NCBI RefSeq assembly: GCF_006345805.1
Contig: NC_042997.1
Span: 74,648,001-74,712,000 of the forward strand
Length of the DNA: 64,000 nucleotides
DNA from: Octopus sinensis
Taxonomy: Eukaryota
Reading direction: 5' to 3'
Shown here: one piece after another, positions 63,916-64,000 of the stretch
Position numbering within the stretch: position 1 is the stretch's first letter
How the letters are laid out: each line of letters begins with the position of its first letter
The notes under the pieces: generated by a model
Database searches by the model: none
The model's input: only the letters and a program-made list of their open reading frames with translations
Told to the model about the DNA's origin: nothing
Translations under genes and position numbers: made by a program

Positions 63916-64000
63916 CTCAATTTGTTGATGAACATTTTCAGGCATTTCCTGATCATAGGTCTTCAGTAGCTCTATTGTTTCCTTCAAAGGTTCAAACATC
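63916..64000 (-). CDS. DNAH9/11/17-like: Dynein heavy chain exon, 3' part (continues beyond the window; not in the ORF track)
   Basis: Reverse complement reads MFEPLKETIELLKTYDQEMPENVHQQIE then donor GAG|gtaagg. Joins KLPDKW of the 50304 exon in frame and matches the FEPLKxTIxLLKTY motif of beta dyneins. Confidence 0.93.

Overview
This is eukaryotic genomic DNA, AT-rich and full of microsatellites and transposons. The repeat families look like those of a coleoid cephalopod such as Octopus (my recognition, not a database result). The only host gene is an axonemal outer-arm beta-type dynein heavy chain (DNAH9/11/17 group) on the minus strand. Six exons are visible, one cut by the window end. 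They splice GT-AG and all in phase 0, across five introns of 10.6-15.3 kb. The introns are almost entirely mobile DNA: a full-length dead mariner, two RTE LINE families, a decayed autonomous Helitron and non-autonomous derivatives, a telescoped Ty3/Gypsy relic, tRNA-derived SINEs, several MITE/foldback elements, and three clades of Penelope-like elements (PLEs; Neptune-, Poseidon- and Naiad-type). The most notable signals are: (1) six minimal hammerhead-ribozyme-like motifs from four unrelated sequence families, all with a self-complementary stem III and U at the cleavage position, one downstream of a tRNA-type A-box and one with no PLE ORF nearby; (2) a variable-copy double-hairpin array in the RTE 3' UTR; (3) a decayed duplicate of a dynein exon end with its splice donor; (4) several long, near-perfect inverted repeats that would form dsRNA in the dynein pre-mRNA. 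All alignments and folds were done by eye. No searches were run.
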